From IMG/VR virus record IMGVR_UViG_3300045988_049759: 45,961 bases of DNA; one strand, given 5' to 3'. Shown in pieces: positions 1 to 9,487 of this stretch; position 1 is the stretch's first letter; the number at the start of each line of letters is the position of its first letter. The notes under the pieces were generated by a model. The model was not told the DNA's origin and did no database searches. It saw only the letters and a program-made list of their open reading frames with translations. The stretch is from a virus. A program made the translations under genes and the position numbers.

Positions 1-99
1 GTTTTTTTGTGTTCTGCATTAACCCCACAAACCGGGTATTTCTTGGAAAGCGGTATTTCAGGGAAAACCAATTCTGCATACAATACTTCCCCGCCGATA
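1..99. repeat. Terminal direct repeat, copy 1 (identical to 45863..45961)
   Basis: gtttttttgtgttctgcattaacc...ccccgccgata is present at both ends of the window. Confidence 0.95.
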
Positions 100-320
100 A
101 AGACCGGGCGAAAGAAGAATGTAATGCAGTTGCCGAAAGGCTTTTTTCATGCCTTGAATATATCACCGTTACCGGGGATTTGGTGCGTGGTACAAAAATG
201 AAATATGAAGTAGTGGATGGGGTTTTGAACTTCTTTGTGAATTATGATCTGTTCGTTTACAAGGTCGCTGATTCTATCCCTATGGAAGATTTGTCACAAG
301 ATGTTACCGTGAAAGGATAA
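1..320 (+). CDS. 3' part of a wrap-around neck/tail-completion gene (starts at 45757)
   Basis: The ORF from ATG 45757 reads in frame through the 99-bp overlap into ORF 9..320. Joined length is 426 nt (141 aa). It lies just upstream of the sheath gene. Confidence 0.6.
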   Translation, partial: FFVFCINPTNRVFLGKRYFRENQFCIQYFPADKDRAKEECNAVAERLFSCLEYITVTGDLVRGTKMKYEVVDGVLNFFVNYDLFVYKVADSIPMEDLSQDVTVKG

Positions 321-330
321 GGTGATGTGA

Positions 331-534
331 ATGGCGGTAAAGAAAACCAATAACCCCGCTGCAACCGAACCTGAAAAAATTGAAAAGTTATTTTCAAAGG
401 AACAGTTGCTTGCGGCTGAACGCTTTCAGGAAAGGAAGGATATTGTAAATGCCCTTCTTTCCCCTGATAAGCAATACACGGTTGAAGCCGTGGAACAGAT
501 GATTGAAAAATATATGAAAGGACAGGTGAAATAA
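331..534 (+). CDS. Small hypothetical protein upstream of the sheath gene (67 aa)
   Basis: ATG with upstream GGATAAGGTGA SD. Tightly packed in the tail operon. Confidence 0.55.
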   Translation: MAVKKTNNPAATEPEKIEKLFSKEQLLAAERFQERKDIVNALLSPDKQYTVEAVEQMIEKYMKGQVK

Positions 535-535
535 C

Positions 536-1843
536 ATGGCTTTAGGCGGTGGAACTTTTGTTACACAGAATAAAGAATTGCCGGGTGCATATATCAACTT
601 CATTTCGGCAGCTTCCGCAAGTGCTACGCTTTCCGAAAGAGGTATTGCAACAATGCCCCTTGAATTGGATTGGGGCATTGATGGTGAAGTGTTTGAAGTA
701 ACCAACAGCGATTTCCAAAAGAACAGCCTGAAAATTTTCGGGTATGATTACACCCACGACAAGTTGAAGGGGCTTCGTGATTTGTTCCTGAACACGAAAA
801 CCCTTTATGCGTATAAACTGACTTCCGGGGGAACAAAGGCGGCAAACACCTATGCGGAAGCCCTCTATTGTGGGGTGCGTGGCAATGATCTGAAAATCAC
901 AATTCAGGCAAATGCCGATGATGATACCCTGTTTGATGTGAAAACCGTACTTGATACGGCGGTTGTGGATGAACAGACCGTTGCAAAGGCGGCTGATCTG
1001 GCTGATAACAGCTTTGTGAAGTTCAAGACTTCCGCAACGCTGGCAATCACGGCGGCAACCCCGCTGACGGGCGGCACGAATGGCACGGTTGACGGAACAG
1101 CTTATCAGACCTATCTTGATAAGATTGAATCCTACACCTACAACACTATGGGCGTTGTGGTTACGGACGATACCACAAAGGGGCTTTTTGCTTCCTTCGT
1201 CAAGCGTTTGCGTGATGAAATGGGTATCAAATTCCAGCTTGTACTTTACAACAAGGCGGCTGACTATTACGGCACTATCAGCGTGAAGAACAGGGTGCTT
1301 GATGATGGTTGGAGTGAAGCAAGCCTTGTGTATTGGGTAACGGGTGTTTCCGCTGGTTGCGAGGTAAACAAGAGCAATCAGAACAAGATTTACAACGGCG
1401 AATTCACCATTTTTGCCGATTACACGCAGAATGAGTTGAAGAAGGCAATCAAAGCCGGAGAATTCACGCTGCATAAGGTCGGAACTGATATTCGTGTGTT
1501 GGAAGATATTAACACAATGGTTACTACTTCCGACACACAGGGCGATATTTTCAAGGATAATCAGACCGTGCGTGTGATGGATCAGATCGCAAATGATATT
1601 GCGGTACTGTTCAACACAAAGTATTTGGGCGTTGTTCCCAACGATGCAGCGGGCAGAATTTCCCTTTGGTCGGATATTGTGAAGCACCATGAACAGTTGC
1701 AGGAAATCAGAGCCATTGAAAACTTTTCGGATTCTGATGTAACTGTTGAACAGGGCAACACAAAGAAATCCGTTGTGGTTACTGACCTTGTAACGGTTGT
1801 AAATGCTATGAGCAAGCTATATATGACCGTTACCGTGGCATAA
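536..1843 (+). CDS. Tail sheath protein (PBSX XkdK-like)
   Basis: 435 aa. N-terminus MALGGGTFVTQNKELPGAYINF is typical of phage sheath proteins. Followed by tube, chaperone and tape-measure genes. Confidence 0.9.
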   Translation: MALGGGTFVTQNKELPGAYINFISAASASATLSERGIATMPLELDWGIDGEVFEVTNSDFQKNSLKIFGYDYTHDKLKGLRDLFLNTKTLYAYKLTSGGTKAANTYAEALYCGVRGNDLKITIQANADDDTLFDVKTVLDTAVVDEQTVAKAADLADNSFVKFKTSATLAITAATPLTGGTNGTVDGTAYQTYLDKIESYTYNTMGVVVTDDTTKGLFASFVKRLRDEMGIKFQLVLYNKAADYYGTISVKNRVLDDGWSEASLVYWVTGVSAGCEVNKSNQNKIYNGEFTIFADYTQNELKKAIKAGEFTLHKVGTDIRVLEDINTMVTTSDTQGDIFKDNQTVRVMDQIANDIAVLFNTKYLGVVPNDAAGRISLWSDIVKHHEQLQEIRAIENFSDSDVTVEQGNTKKSVVVTDLVTVVNAMSKLYMTVTVA

Positions 1844-1860
1844 GAAAGGGGTGAAAGAAA

Positions 1861-2343
1861 ATGAATGGCAATGTGGTTATGAAAGCCAAAGATACCGTAT
1901 TTGCGGCTTTGGCTGAATGTTTCGTTACTATCGGCACACGCCGCTATAACTTCATGCAGGCTATCAACCTTGAAGCAAAGTTCGAGAAGAACAAAACGGA
2001 AGTTCCCATTCTTGGCAAGACGGGCAAAGGAAACAAGGCTTCCGGCTGGAAAGGTACGGGTTCGGCAACCTTCCATTACAACACTTCTATCTTCCGGCAG
2101 ATGATGTTGCAGTACAAGGAAACCGGGGAAGATATTTATTTTGAAATTCAGATTTCAAATGAAGATCCCACTTCCGGGGCAGGGCGGCAGACTATGATCC
2201 TGATGGATTGCAACATTGACGGCGGTGTGCTGGCAAAGTTCGATGCAGACGGTGAATATCTTGATGAAGATATGGATTTCACCTTTGAAGATTTCAAGAT
2301 GCCGGAAGCCTTCAAAGACCTTGAAGGATTTCTTACCAACTAA
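1861..2343 (+). CDS. Tail tube protein (XkdM-like)
   Basis: 160 aa, immediately after the sheath gene, with strong SD GAAAGGGGTGA. Confidence 0.8.
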   Translation: MNGNVVMKAKDTVFAALAECFVTIGTRRYNFMQAINLEAKFEKNKTEVPILGKTGKGNKASGWKGTGSATFHYNTSIFRQMMLQYKETGEDIYFEIQISNEDPTSGAGRQTMILMDCNIDGGVLAKFDADGEYLDEDMDFTFEDFKMPEAFKDLEGFLTN

Positions 2344-2365
2344 CAACCAACGGACGGGCTAAAAT

Positions 2366-2405
2366 CCCTTGTGTGCGGCTTATATAAGCCCATATAAGGG
2401 GTTTT
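2366..2405 (+). terminator. Long G:U-containing hairpin plus short U tract after the tube gene
   Basis: cccuugugug/c/ggcuu-auau-aagcc/cauauaaggg followed by guuuu. The wobble pairs form only in + strand RNA. Confidence 0.55.
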
Positions 2406-2442
2406 GCCTATTCAATGATAAACAATGAAAGGAAGATGTAAA

Positions 2443-2874
2443 ATGTCTAAATTCGCTAAATTTATGAAGGCTAACAAAGCCGTAAAAGAGAACGGTTTTT
2501 ACCCGGCAACAAAATCCCTTTGTGATGAAAAGGGCAACCCCCTTGATTGGGAGTTCAAGCACATTACTTCAAAGGAAAATGAGGAAATCCGGGAAAGCTG
2601 CACGATTGATATTCCCGTTACGGGCAAGCCGAATATGTACCGTCCGAAACTGAAAAGCAGCCTTTACATTCAGCGTATGATTGCGGCTTCCGTGGTTATG
2701 CCTGATCTGTTCGATTCTGAATTGCAGGACAGCTACGGAGTGAAAACCCCGGAAGATTTGCTGATGGCAATGGTGGACGATCCCGGCGAATACAACGATT
2801 TGGCGGCTTTCGTTCAGAAATTTCAGGGCTTCAATGTTTCCTTTGAGGATAAGGTGAATGAAGCAAAAAACTAA
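2443..2874 (+). CDS. Tail assembly chaperone, short form (XkdN-like)
   Basis: MSKFAKFMKANK... starts at ATG 2443 after AAAGGAAG. It sits between the tube and tape-measure genes. Confidence 0.75.
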   Translation: MSKFAKFMKANKAVKENGFYPATKSLCDEKGNPLDWEFKHITSKENEEIRESCTIDIPVTGKPNMYRPKLKSSLYIQRMIAASVVMPDLFDSELQDSYGVKTPEDLLMAMVDDPGEYNDLAAFVQKFQGFNVSFEDKVNEAKN

Positions 2875-3065
2875 TTGAAGAAGGGGATTGGGAAGCAAAT
2901 TTCGCTTACTATGCCCTTCTTAAACTTCATATATTGCCTTCTGTTTTCCTTGCTATGGATGAACAGGAAAAGGCTTTCACCGTTGCGGCAATCAAGGTGA
3001 AAATTGAAGCTGACAAGAAAGAGAAAAAACGGATTGAAAGTAAATCCAAAAAGAAAGGTAGGTGA
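2443..3065 (+). CDS. Tail assembly chaperone, long form via -1 frameshift at 2865..2871
   Basis: The extension LIEEGDWEANFAYYALLKLHILPSVFLAMDEQEKAFTVAAIKVKIEADKKEKKRIESKSKKKGR has no start codon of its own. It ends 6 nt before the tape-measure ATG. Confidence 0.65.
2865..2871 (+). promoter_or_regulatory. Candidate -1 programmed frameshift slippery heptamer A_AAA_AAC
   Basis: The heptamer is in X_XXY_YYZ phase, one codon before the chaperone stop. The -1 frame stays open for 64 more codons, to TGA 3063..3065. Confidence 0.7.
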
Positions 3066-3070
3066 TCCGC

Positions 3071-5797
3071 ATGGCTACAATCAGAACAGCGATTGAATTA
3101 CAAGACAACTTCACGGGGGTTTTGTATCAGGTAATCAATTCCGTAAATTTGGGGCTTTCCGCTATGGAAGATTTGCACCAAACCATGAATAGCCCTGTTG
3201 ATACGGCTTCCATTGAAGCGGCAAGGGATTCAATCAATCAGGCTACGCTTGCGGTTCAACAGTTGGATGCAGCTATGCAGGGACTTGAAACCCCCGCTTC
3301 CGAAACACCTACCGCCCCGACAAATTCAGCCCCGGTTGTGCTTCCGGTGCAGCCGGATATTCCTGATCCGTTAGTGGATCAACCCGCCCCTGTTGATTTG
3401 CCTGTTGAACCGGAACAGCCTGAACCCGTGCAAGTTCCGGTTCACTGGCGATCTGACAACATGGAAGTATTTACTTCAACGGGCGTTGAACGCTTTGAAC
3501 AGGAAGTTCAAAGTGCAAACAATATGTTGAACACCTTGAACCAAACGCAAAGCAGGATTGCAGCACAGGCGGCACAAACAGATTTGTTCCCGGATAATGC
3601 TATTGCCGATATGAACAATATGCAAAACCGCTTGCAAGCAATTCAGCAGCGTATTCAGACAATCGAAAGCAACCCCCTGAATATGGGTTCTGATACCGCA
3701 AATGCAGAATTGGAACAGTTACGGGGGCAGTTGGATCAGGCAGTTCAGGAACAGGAAGCGTTGAACCGTGCTGTTGAAAACATGGATGTTGAAGCAGCCA
3801 ATCAAGCCTATTTGCGGTTATCTCAAACGGTAGGTAATACTGAAAGATATATCCGGGATAATGTTGACGAACAAGGGCGGTTCAATCGTGAAATTGAAGA
3901 AGGCACGAATGAAGCCGATTCCCTCATGCAGACAATCAAGGGGGCGGTTGCGGCTTATGCCACAATTCAAACCCTTTCAACAGCGTTGAATCTATCGGAT
4001 CAGCTTACTTCTACAACCGCCCGCTTGAATCTGATGAATGACGGATTGCAAACCACACAGGATTTGCAAAACATGATTTATCTTTCAGCGGAACGGGCAA
4101 GGGGCAGCTATCAGGCAACCGCTGATGCCGTTTCCAAACTTGGACTTATGGCGGGTGATGCGTTTGGGAGTTCGGAAGAAATCATTGCCTTCATGGAACA
4201 AGTAAACAAGCAGTTCACTATTGCCGGAACAGAAGCAGCGGGCATTGATGCCGCTATGTTGCAGCTTACACAGGCTATGGGTTCGGGTGTTCTTCGTGGT
4301 GAAGAATACAACAGTATTTTGGAACAAGCCCCGAATATCATTCAAGCGATTGCTGATTACATGGAAGTTCCCAAAGGGCAATTAAAGGATATGGCAGCGG
4401 AAGGGCAAATTACCGCCGATATTGTAAAGGCGGCTATGTTTGCGGCGGCTGATGATACCAACGCAAAATTTGAAAGTATGCCGAAAACCTTTTCGCAGAT
4501 TTGGACTTCTTTTCAGAATACCGCTTTGATGGCGTTTCAGCCTGTTCTTCAACGAATGAATGAAATTGCCAACAGTGAAGCATTTCAAGAGTTCGTGAAC
4601 AACGCTATTGAAGGGCTTTCAATGGTGGCGGGCATTGCCCTTGAAATCTTTGATTTGCTTGTAGGTGTTGCGGGTGCGGTGGCTGATAATTGGTCGTGGC
4701 TATCCCCTATCATTTACGGTGTAGCAGCCGCCCTTGCGGTTTATTATGGGTGGTTGTTGCTGACAAAAGGGGCTGAAATGGCTATGGCGGCGGTTCACGG
4801 GATCGTTGCGGTAGCAAAGGGCATAATGGCAGCGGCTACAATGCTTGTAACGGGTGCAACATGGGCTGAAACAACCGCACAATACGGGCTGAACGCTGCA
4901 ATGTACGCTTGCCCTATCGTGTGGATAATCATTCTTATAATCGCCCTGATTGCCCTGTTCTATGCGGCGGTGGCAGCGGTGAATAAATTCGCCGGAACTT
5001 CCGTTTCCGCAACGGGTATTATTTGCGGGGCGTTCATGGTTGCCCTTGCGTTCATAGGCAATATTTTTGTTGCCTTGTGGAATTTGGTTGTTGATGTGTT
5101 CGTGCTGATTTACAACCTTGTGGCAACCGTGGCAAACTTTATCGGCAATGTGTTCACCGATCCTATCGGGGCAGTTTGCCGATTATTCTTTGATTTGGCT
5201 GATACCGTGCTTGGAATTCTTCAAGCGTTGGCTTCGGCTATTGATGCAATCTTCGGTTCAAACCTTGCGGGAAGTGTTCAGGGTTGGCGTGATTCTCTTG
5301 GCGGTTGGGTAGATGATACCTTCGGCAAGGGTGAAGAAGTCATGGCGAAAATGAACGCTGACGATATGAAACTTGGTCGGTTTGAATACGGGGCGGCTTG
5401 GGATGCCGGATATTCCTTCGGTGAAGGCATTGATGAAAGCATTGCGAATTTCGATCCTTCCAGTTTGTTTAATACCAATGTACCCGGTGCGGATGATTAC
5501 GCAAATTTGGGAAACTACGGTTCAGGCATTGGCGGGATTGGAAGCGGTGTTGATGATATTGCCGGAAACACCGGAAAAATCGCTGACAGCATGGATATTA
5601 CAGAAGAAGATTTGAAATATCTTCGTGATATTGCAGAGCAGGAAGCGGTGAACAGATTTACAACCGCTGAAATTACCATTGAACAGACGAACCACAACAC
5701 CGTTTCCGGTAAAATGGATTTGGATGGTATTGTTTCAGGGCTAACAGATGCGGCAAATGAAGCGGTTGACAGAATAGCGGAAGGGGTGCATGAGTAA
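3071..5797 (+). CDS. Tail tape measure protein
   Basis: About 908 aa. Contains the core motif LTQAMGSGVLRGEEYNSILEQAPNIIQAIADYM and a long hydrophobic segment. ATG 3071 is preferred over GTG 3062. Confidence 0.9.
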   Translation: MATIRTAIELQDNFTGVLYQVINSVNLGLSAMEDLHQTMNSPVDTASIEAARDSINQATLAVQQLDAAMQGLETPASETPTAPTNSAPVVLPVQPDIPDPLVDQPAPVDLPVEPEQPEPVQVPVHWRSDNMEVFTSTGVERFEQEVQSANNMLNTLNQTQSRIAAQAAQTDLFPDNAIADMNNMQNRLQAIQQRIQTIESNPLNMGSDTANAELEQLRGQLDQAVQEQEALNRAVENMDVEAANQAYLRLSQTVGNTERYIRDNVDEQGRFNREIEEGTNEADSLMQTIKGAVAAYATIQTLSTALNLSDQLTSTTARLNLMNDGLQTTQDLQNMIYLSAERARGSYQATADAVSKLGLMAGDAFGSSEEIIAFMEQVNKQFTIAGTEAAGIDAAMLQLTQAMGSGVLRGEEYNSILEQAPNIIQAIADYMEVPKGQLKDMAAEGQITADIVKAAMFAAADDTNAKFESMPKTFSQIWTSFQNTALMAFQPVLQRMNEIANSEAFQEFVNNAIEGLSMVAGIALEIFDLLVGVAGAVADNWSWLSPIIYGVAAALAVYYGWLLLTKGAEMAMAAVHGIVAVAKGIMAAATMLVTGATWAETTAQYGLNAAMYACPIVWIIILIIALIALFYAAVAAVNKFAGTSVSATGIICGAFMVALAFIGNIFVALWNLVVDVFVLIYNLVATVANFIGNVFTDPIGAVCRLFFDLADTVLGILQALASAIDAIFGSNLAGSVQGWRDSLGGWVDDTFGKGEEVMAKMNADDMKLGRFEYGAAWDAGYSFGEGIDESIANFDPSSLFNTNVPGADDYANLGNYGSGIGGIGSGVDDIAGNTGKIADSMDITEEDLKYLRDIAEQEAVNRFTTAEITIEQTNHNTVSGKMDLDGIVSGLTDAANEAVDRIAEGVHE

Positions 5798-6519
5798 TGA
5801 GCAAAAACGGATATGATTTTTACCTGAAAAAATGCTTGTTACCAATCGCCCCGGAAAAGCTGCAAGTAAAAATCAACAATGCGAATGATACGCTTACCCT
5901 GATAAATGAAGGGGAAATCAATATTTTGAAAACCCCTGAACTTACGGATATTGAATTTGAGTGCAGAATCCCACAAGTGAAATATCCGTTTGCAACCTAT
6001 AAATCAGGGTTCAAGGGGGCTTCTTATTTCCTTGATTACTTTGAAAGTTTGAAAGCGGATAAGAAGCCCTTTCAATTTATCGTTTCCCGGACTATGCCGA
6101 ATGGGAAGGTATTGTTTTCAACCAATATGAAGGTATCAATGGAAGATTACAAGATCATCGAACAGGCGAAAGATGGCTTTGATTTGACGGTAAAAATCAA
6201 ATTGAAGCAATACCGGGATTATGGAACAAAAACCGTAAATATCAAGATTGCCGCTTCCAAACCTAAAGCAAAGGTTGAAAAGCAAAGACCCGCCGATCCC
6301 CCGGCACAAAAAAGCTACAAAGTGGGTGATATAGTGAATTTTCATGGTGGCACACACTATTATAGTTCCTATCCGGGGGCAAAGGGCTATTCTGCAAGGG
6401 CAGGAAAAGCGAAAATCACGATTGCAAACGGTTCAGGAAAAGCCCACCCGTGGCACTTGATACACACCGATTCCGGTTCAAATGTATATGGGTGGGTAGA
6501 TGATGGAACATTCGATTAA
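5797..6519 (+). CDS. Tail/baseplate protein in the XkdP position with an SH3-like C-terminus
   Basis: Called from its position after the tape measure. C-terminal motif YKVGDIVNFHGG...VYGWVDDGTFD. Confidence 0.5.
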   Translation: MSKNGYDFYLKKCLLPIAPEKLQVKINNANDTLTLINEGEINILKTPELTDIEFECRIPQVKYPFATYKSGFKGASYFLDYFESLKADKKPFQFIVSRTMPNGKVLFSTNMKVSMEDYKIIEQAKDGFDLTVKIKLKQYRDYGTKTVNIKIAASKPKAKVEKQRPADPPAQKSYKVGDIVNFHGGTHYYSSYPGAKGYSARAGKAKITIANGSGKAHPWHLIHTDSGSNVYGWVDDGTFD

Positions 6520-6532
6520 GGGGGTGTGAAGA

Positions 6533-7513
6533 ATGAATGTTGAACTTTTGATTTCTGATCCTTCCGGTGAAAAAGCCTATATTCCGATTGTGGAAGAAGG
6601 TATTGAATGGAGTACAGAAAGAAGAAGCACCCCCGGCAAGCTGACCTTCAAACTTGTAAAAGATGCCGTTATCAATTTTCAGGAAGGGGCGGCGGTTCGC
6701 CTGAAAGTTGACGGCAAGCCCGTTTTCTTTGGATTTGTATTCAGTAAAAAGCGGGATAAGGATCAGATTATAGAAGTGACCGCCTACGATCAATTAAGAT
6801 ACCTGAACAACAAAGATACCTATGTTTATGAGAACAAAACCGCTTCACAGTTCATTCAAATGCTGGCAGCGGATTTTTCTTTGAATACGGGAACTTTGGA
6901 AGATACCGGGTTTGTGATTGCTTCACGGGTGGAAGATAACACTTCCCTATTTGACATGATAGAAAATGCCCTTGATTTGACCTTGCAGAACAGCAAAGAA
7001 ATGTTCGTGTTGTTTGACGATTTCGGCAAGCTGACCTTGAAAAACATTTCTTCAATGTATGTGGGTGAACCGGGGGCTTACCTGATGATTGATGAAGAAA
7101 CCGGGGAAAATTTTGAATACACTTCCAGCATTGACAGCGACACCTACAACAAGGTGAAGCTGACCTATGATAATGAGGAAACAGGAAAGCGGGAAGTGTA
7201 TATTGCACAGGACAGCAGCCACATGAACCAATGGGGCGTTTTGCAGTATTTTGACACGCTGCAAAAGGGCGAAAACGGGCAAGCAAAGGCTGATGCCCTG
7301 TTGAAGCTATACAACAGCAAAACAAGAAATCTGAAAATTACAAATGCAATCGGTGATACAAGAGTTAGAGCCGGAAGCATGGTTGTGATAAATCTTGCTT
7401 TGGGTGATACCAATGTAAAGAATTTTATGTTGGTCGAAAAGGTAAAACACACCTTTAAGCTGGATTCACATTTTATGGATTTAACACTTCGAGGGGGTGA
7501 ATTTATTGCCTGA
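6533..7513 (+). CDS. Baseplate hub / late control D-like protein (XkdQ-like)
   Basis: 326 aa. Size and position match the Xkd-type baseplate module. Confidence 0.65.
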   Translation: MNVELLISDPSGEKAYIPIVEEGIEWSTERRSTPGKLTFKLVKDAVINFQEGAAVRLKVDGKPVFFGFVFSKKRDKDQIIEVTAYDQLRYLNNKDTYVYENKTASQFIQMLAADFSLNTGTLEDTGFVIASRVEDNTSLFDMIENALDLTLQNSKEMFVLFDDFGKLTLKNISSMYVGEPGAYLMIDEETGENFEYTSSIDSDTYNKVKLTYDNEETGKREVYIAQDSSHMNQWGVLQYFDTLQKGENGQAKADALLKLYNSKTRNLKITNAIGDTRVRAGSMVVINLALGDTNVKNFMLVEKVKHTFKLDSHFMDLTLRGGEFIA

Positions 7514-7889
7514 TGCAGTTGAATTTGTGAAAACAATCAAACGGGCGGCGTTGGATGCGGTAAAGGCTTCAAAGCCCGTTGAAGTCTGTTTCGGAAAGGT
7601 AACAAGTGCTTCCCCCTTGAAAATCCTTGTGGAACAGAAATTGCCTTTGGGTGAAGGGCAGCTTATTCTTACCCGGAATGTTACCGATTTTGTAACGGAA
7701 GTAACCGTTGATTGGAACACAGAAAATAAAGGCGGCGGCAGCGGGTACGCAAGCTATGAAACCCACAAACACCCTATCAAGGGTAGGAAGAAAATCACCG
7801 TACATAATGGGTTGGTTGTCGGTGATGAAGTGATTCTTATCCGGCAGCAGGGCGGGCAAAAATATATTGTGGTGGATAGAATCGGATGA
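7497..7889 (+). CDS. Baseplate spike-like protein (XkdR / DUF2577-like)
   Basis: 130 aa with motif KPVEVCFGKVTSASPLKILVEQKLPL. The start could instead be TTG 7506. Confidence 0.6.
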   Translation: MNLLPDAVEFVKTIKRAALDAVKASKPVEVCFGKVTSASPLKILVEQKLPLGEGQLILTRNVTDFVTEVTVDWNTENKGGGSGYASYETHKHPIKGRKKITVHNGLVVGDEVILIRQQGGQKYIVVDRIG

Positions 7890-8290
7890 TACCTTCAACC
7901 ACAGCCTTTCTTGAACAGGATTTCGAGATCACAGAACAACCAACCCATACCTACAAAATGAATCTTGAAAGCAATCTGATCCGGGGCTATACAGACGGAC
8001 AGGAAGCAATGAAACAGGCAATATATAAAATCCTGAACACGGAACGATACCAATATGTTATGTATTCGTGGAATTACGGGATTGAATTGCTTGATTTGTA
8101 CGGTGAACCCGTTTCTTATGTTTGCCCTGAATTGGAACGCAGGATCACGGAAGCCCTAACATGGGATGATAGAATTCAAAGCGTGGATAATTTTGAATTT
8201 AACATTTCAAAAAAGGGTGAAATCCTTGTAACTTTTACCGCACATACCGTTTTCGGTGATGTGGTTGCTGAAAAGGTGGTGAATTTCTAA
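7886..8290 (+). CDS. Baseplate wedge protein (XkdS / gp25-W-like)
   Basis: 134 aa with motif GQEAMKQAIYKILNTERYQYVMYSWNYG. Confidence 0.6.
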   Translation: MIPSTTAFLEQDFEITEQPTHTYKMNLESNLIRGYTDGQEAMKQAIYKILNTERYQYVMYSWNYGIELLDLYGEPVSYVCPELERRITEALTWDDRIQSVDNFEFNISKKGEILVTFTAHTVFGDVVAEKVVNF

Positions 8291-9487
8291 ATGTATGATG
8301 TAACTTATCGTGAAATCCTTGAACGGATGCTTGACCGGGTATCTGACAAGTTCGACAAGCGGGAAGGTTCGGTTATCTTTGACACCCATTCCCCCACAGC
8401 CCTTGAATTGGAATTGCTTTATGTGGAGTTGAACACCCTGATTGCGGAAGCATACGGGGATAGTGCTTCAAGGGAATATCTTATCAAGCGGTGCAAGGAA
8501 AGAGGAATTACCCCTTATGAAGCAACCCACGCTGTTTTGAAGGGCGAATTCACACCCACAAACATTGATGTTGCCGGACAGCGGTTCAATATCGGTTCAA
8601 TCAATTTCGTTGTAACTGAAAAAATTGCTGATGGACAATATCAGGTGCAATGTGAAACCCCCGGAATTGTGGGAAATCAGCAGTTGGGAACTATGATCCC
8701 GATTGAGTATATACAAGGGCTTGAAACCGCTGAACTTACGGATGTTCTTATCCCCGGCGAGGATGAAGAAGATACGGAAGATTTACGAACCCGCTATTTT
8801 GACAGCTTCAAAGAAAAGGCTTTCGGCGGGAATGTTCAAGATTACCTTGAAAAAACAAACGCTATTCCGGGCGTGGGAAGTACCAAAGTAACAAGGGTTT
8901 GGAATAACGATCTTCGCCCCGCTGAAATGATACCTTCCGCAGCGGTTCAAGCGTGGTTCAACACGATTAAACCCACATTGACCGGGGAAGTTGCCGCATG
9001 GCTTGAAACCGTGTATGATGCAGCCCTGAACCGGAAGCTGACAACCGGGGGAACGGTGCTTTTAACAATCCTGAATTCTGATTTTGGGGTTGCTTCCGAT
9101 ACCCTGATTAAGACGGTGCAGCAAGTAATTGATCCTGACGAATACGCCGGGGAAGGGTACGGGGTTGCACCTATCGGGCATATTGTGAAAGTGCAGAGTG
9201 CGAAAAATCGTGAAGTGACCGTGAAAACCAATATCACCTTTGATGTTGGCTATGGGTGGTCGAACCTTCAAAGTTCAATCAATGAAGCTATTTCAAACTA
9301 TCTGCTTGAACTTCGTAAATCGTGGGCTGATTCGCCTTATTTGGTGGTTCGTATCAGTCAAATTGAAACCCGCCTTTTGAGTATCAAGGGGATTGTGGAT
9401 ATTGACAGCACCAAAATAAACGGGGCTTCCGATAACCTGACTTTGGGGAAATATGAAGTTCCCGTGTTCAAGGGGGCGAGTGCATGA
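8291..9487 (+). CDS. Baseplate J-like protein (XkdT-like)
   Basis: 398 aa. Size and position fit the module. Confidence 0.7.
   Translation: MYDVTYREILERMLDRVSDKFDKREGSVIFDTHSPTALELELLYVELNTLIAEAYGDSASREYLIKRCKERGITPYEATHAVLKGEFTPTNIDVAGQRFNIGSINFVVTEKIADGQYQVQCETPGIVGNQQLGTMIPIEYIQGLETAELTDVLIPGEDEEDTEDLRTRYFDSFKEKAFGGNVQDYLEKTNAIPGVGSTKVTRVWNNDLRPAEMIPSAAVQAWFNTIKPTLTGEVAAWLETVYDAALNRKLTTGGTVLLTILNSDFGVASDTLIKTVQQVIDPDEYAGEGYGVAPIGHIVKVQSAKNREVTVKTNITFDVGYGWSNLQSSINEAISNYLLELRKSWADSPYLVVRISQIETRLLSIKGIVDIDSTKINGASDNLTLGKYEVPVFKGASA

Noticed and set aside
542-1690. 382-aa ORF on the - strand
   Set aside because: It lies entirely antisense to the tail sheath gene, which has clear family motifs. 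It has no SD and a Cys/Arg/Ile-rich composition typical of shadow ORFs.
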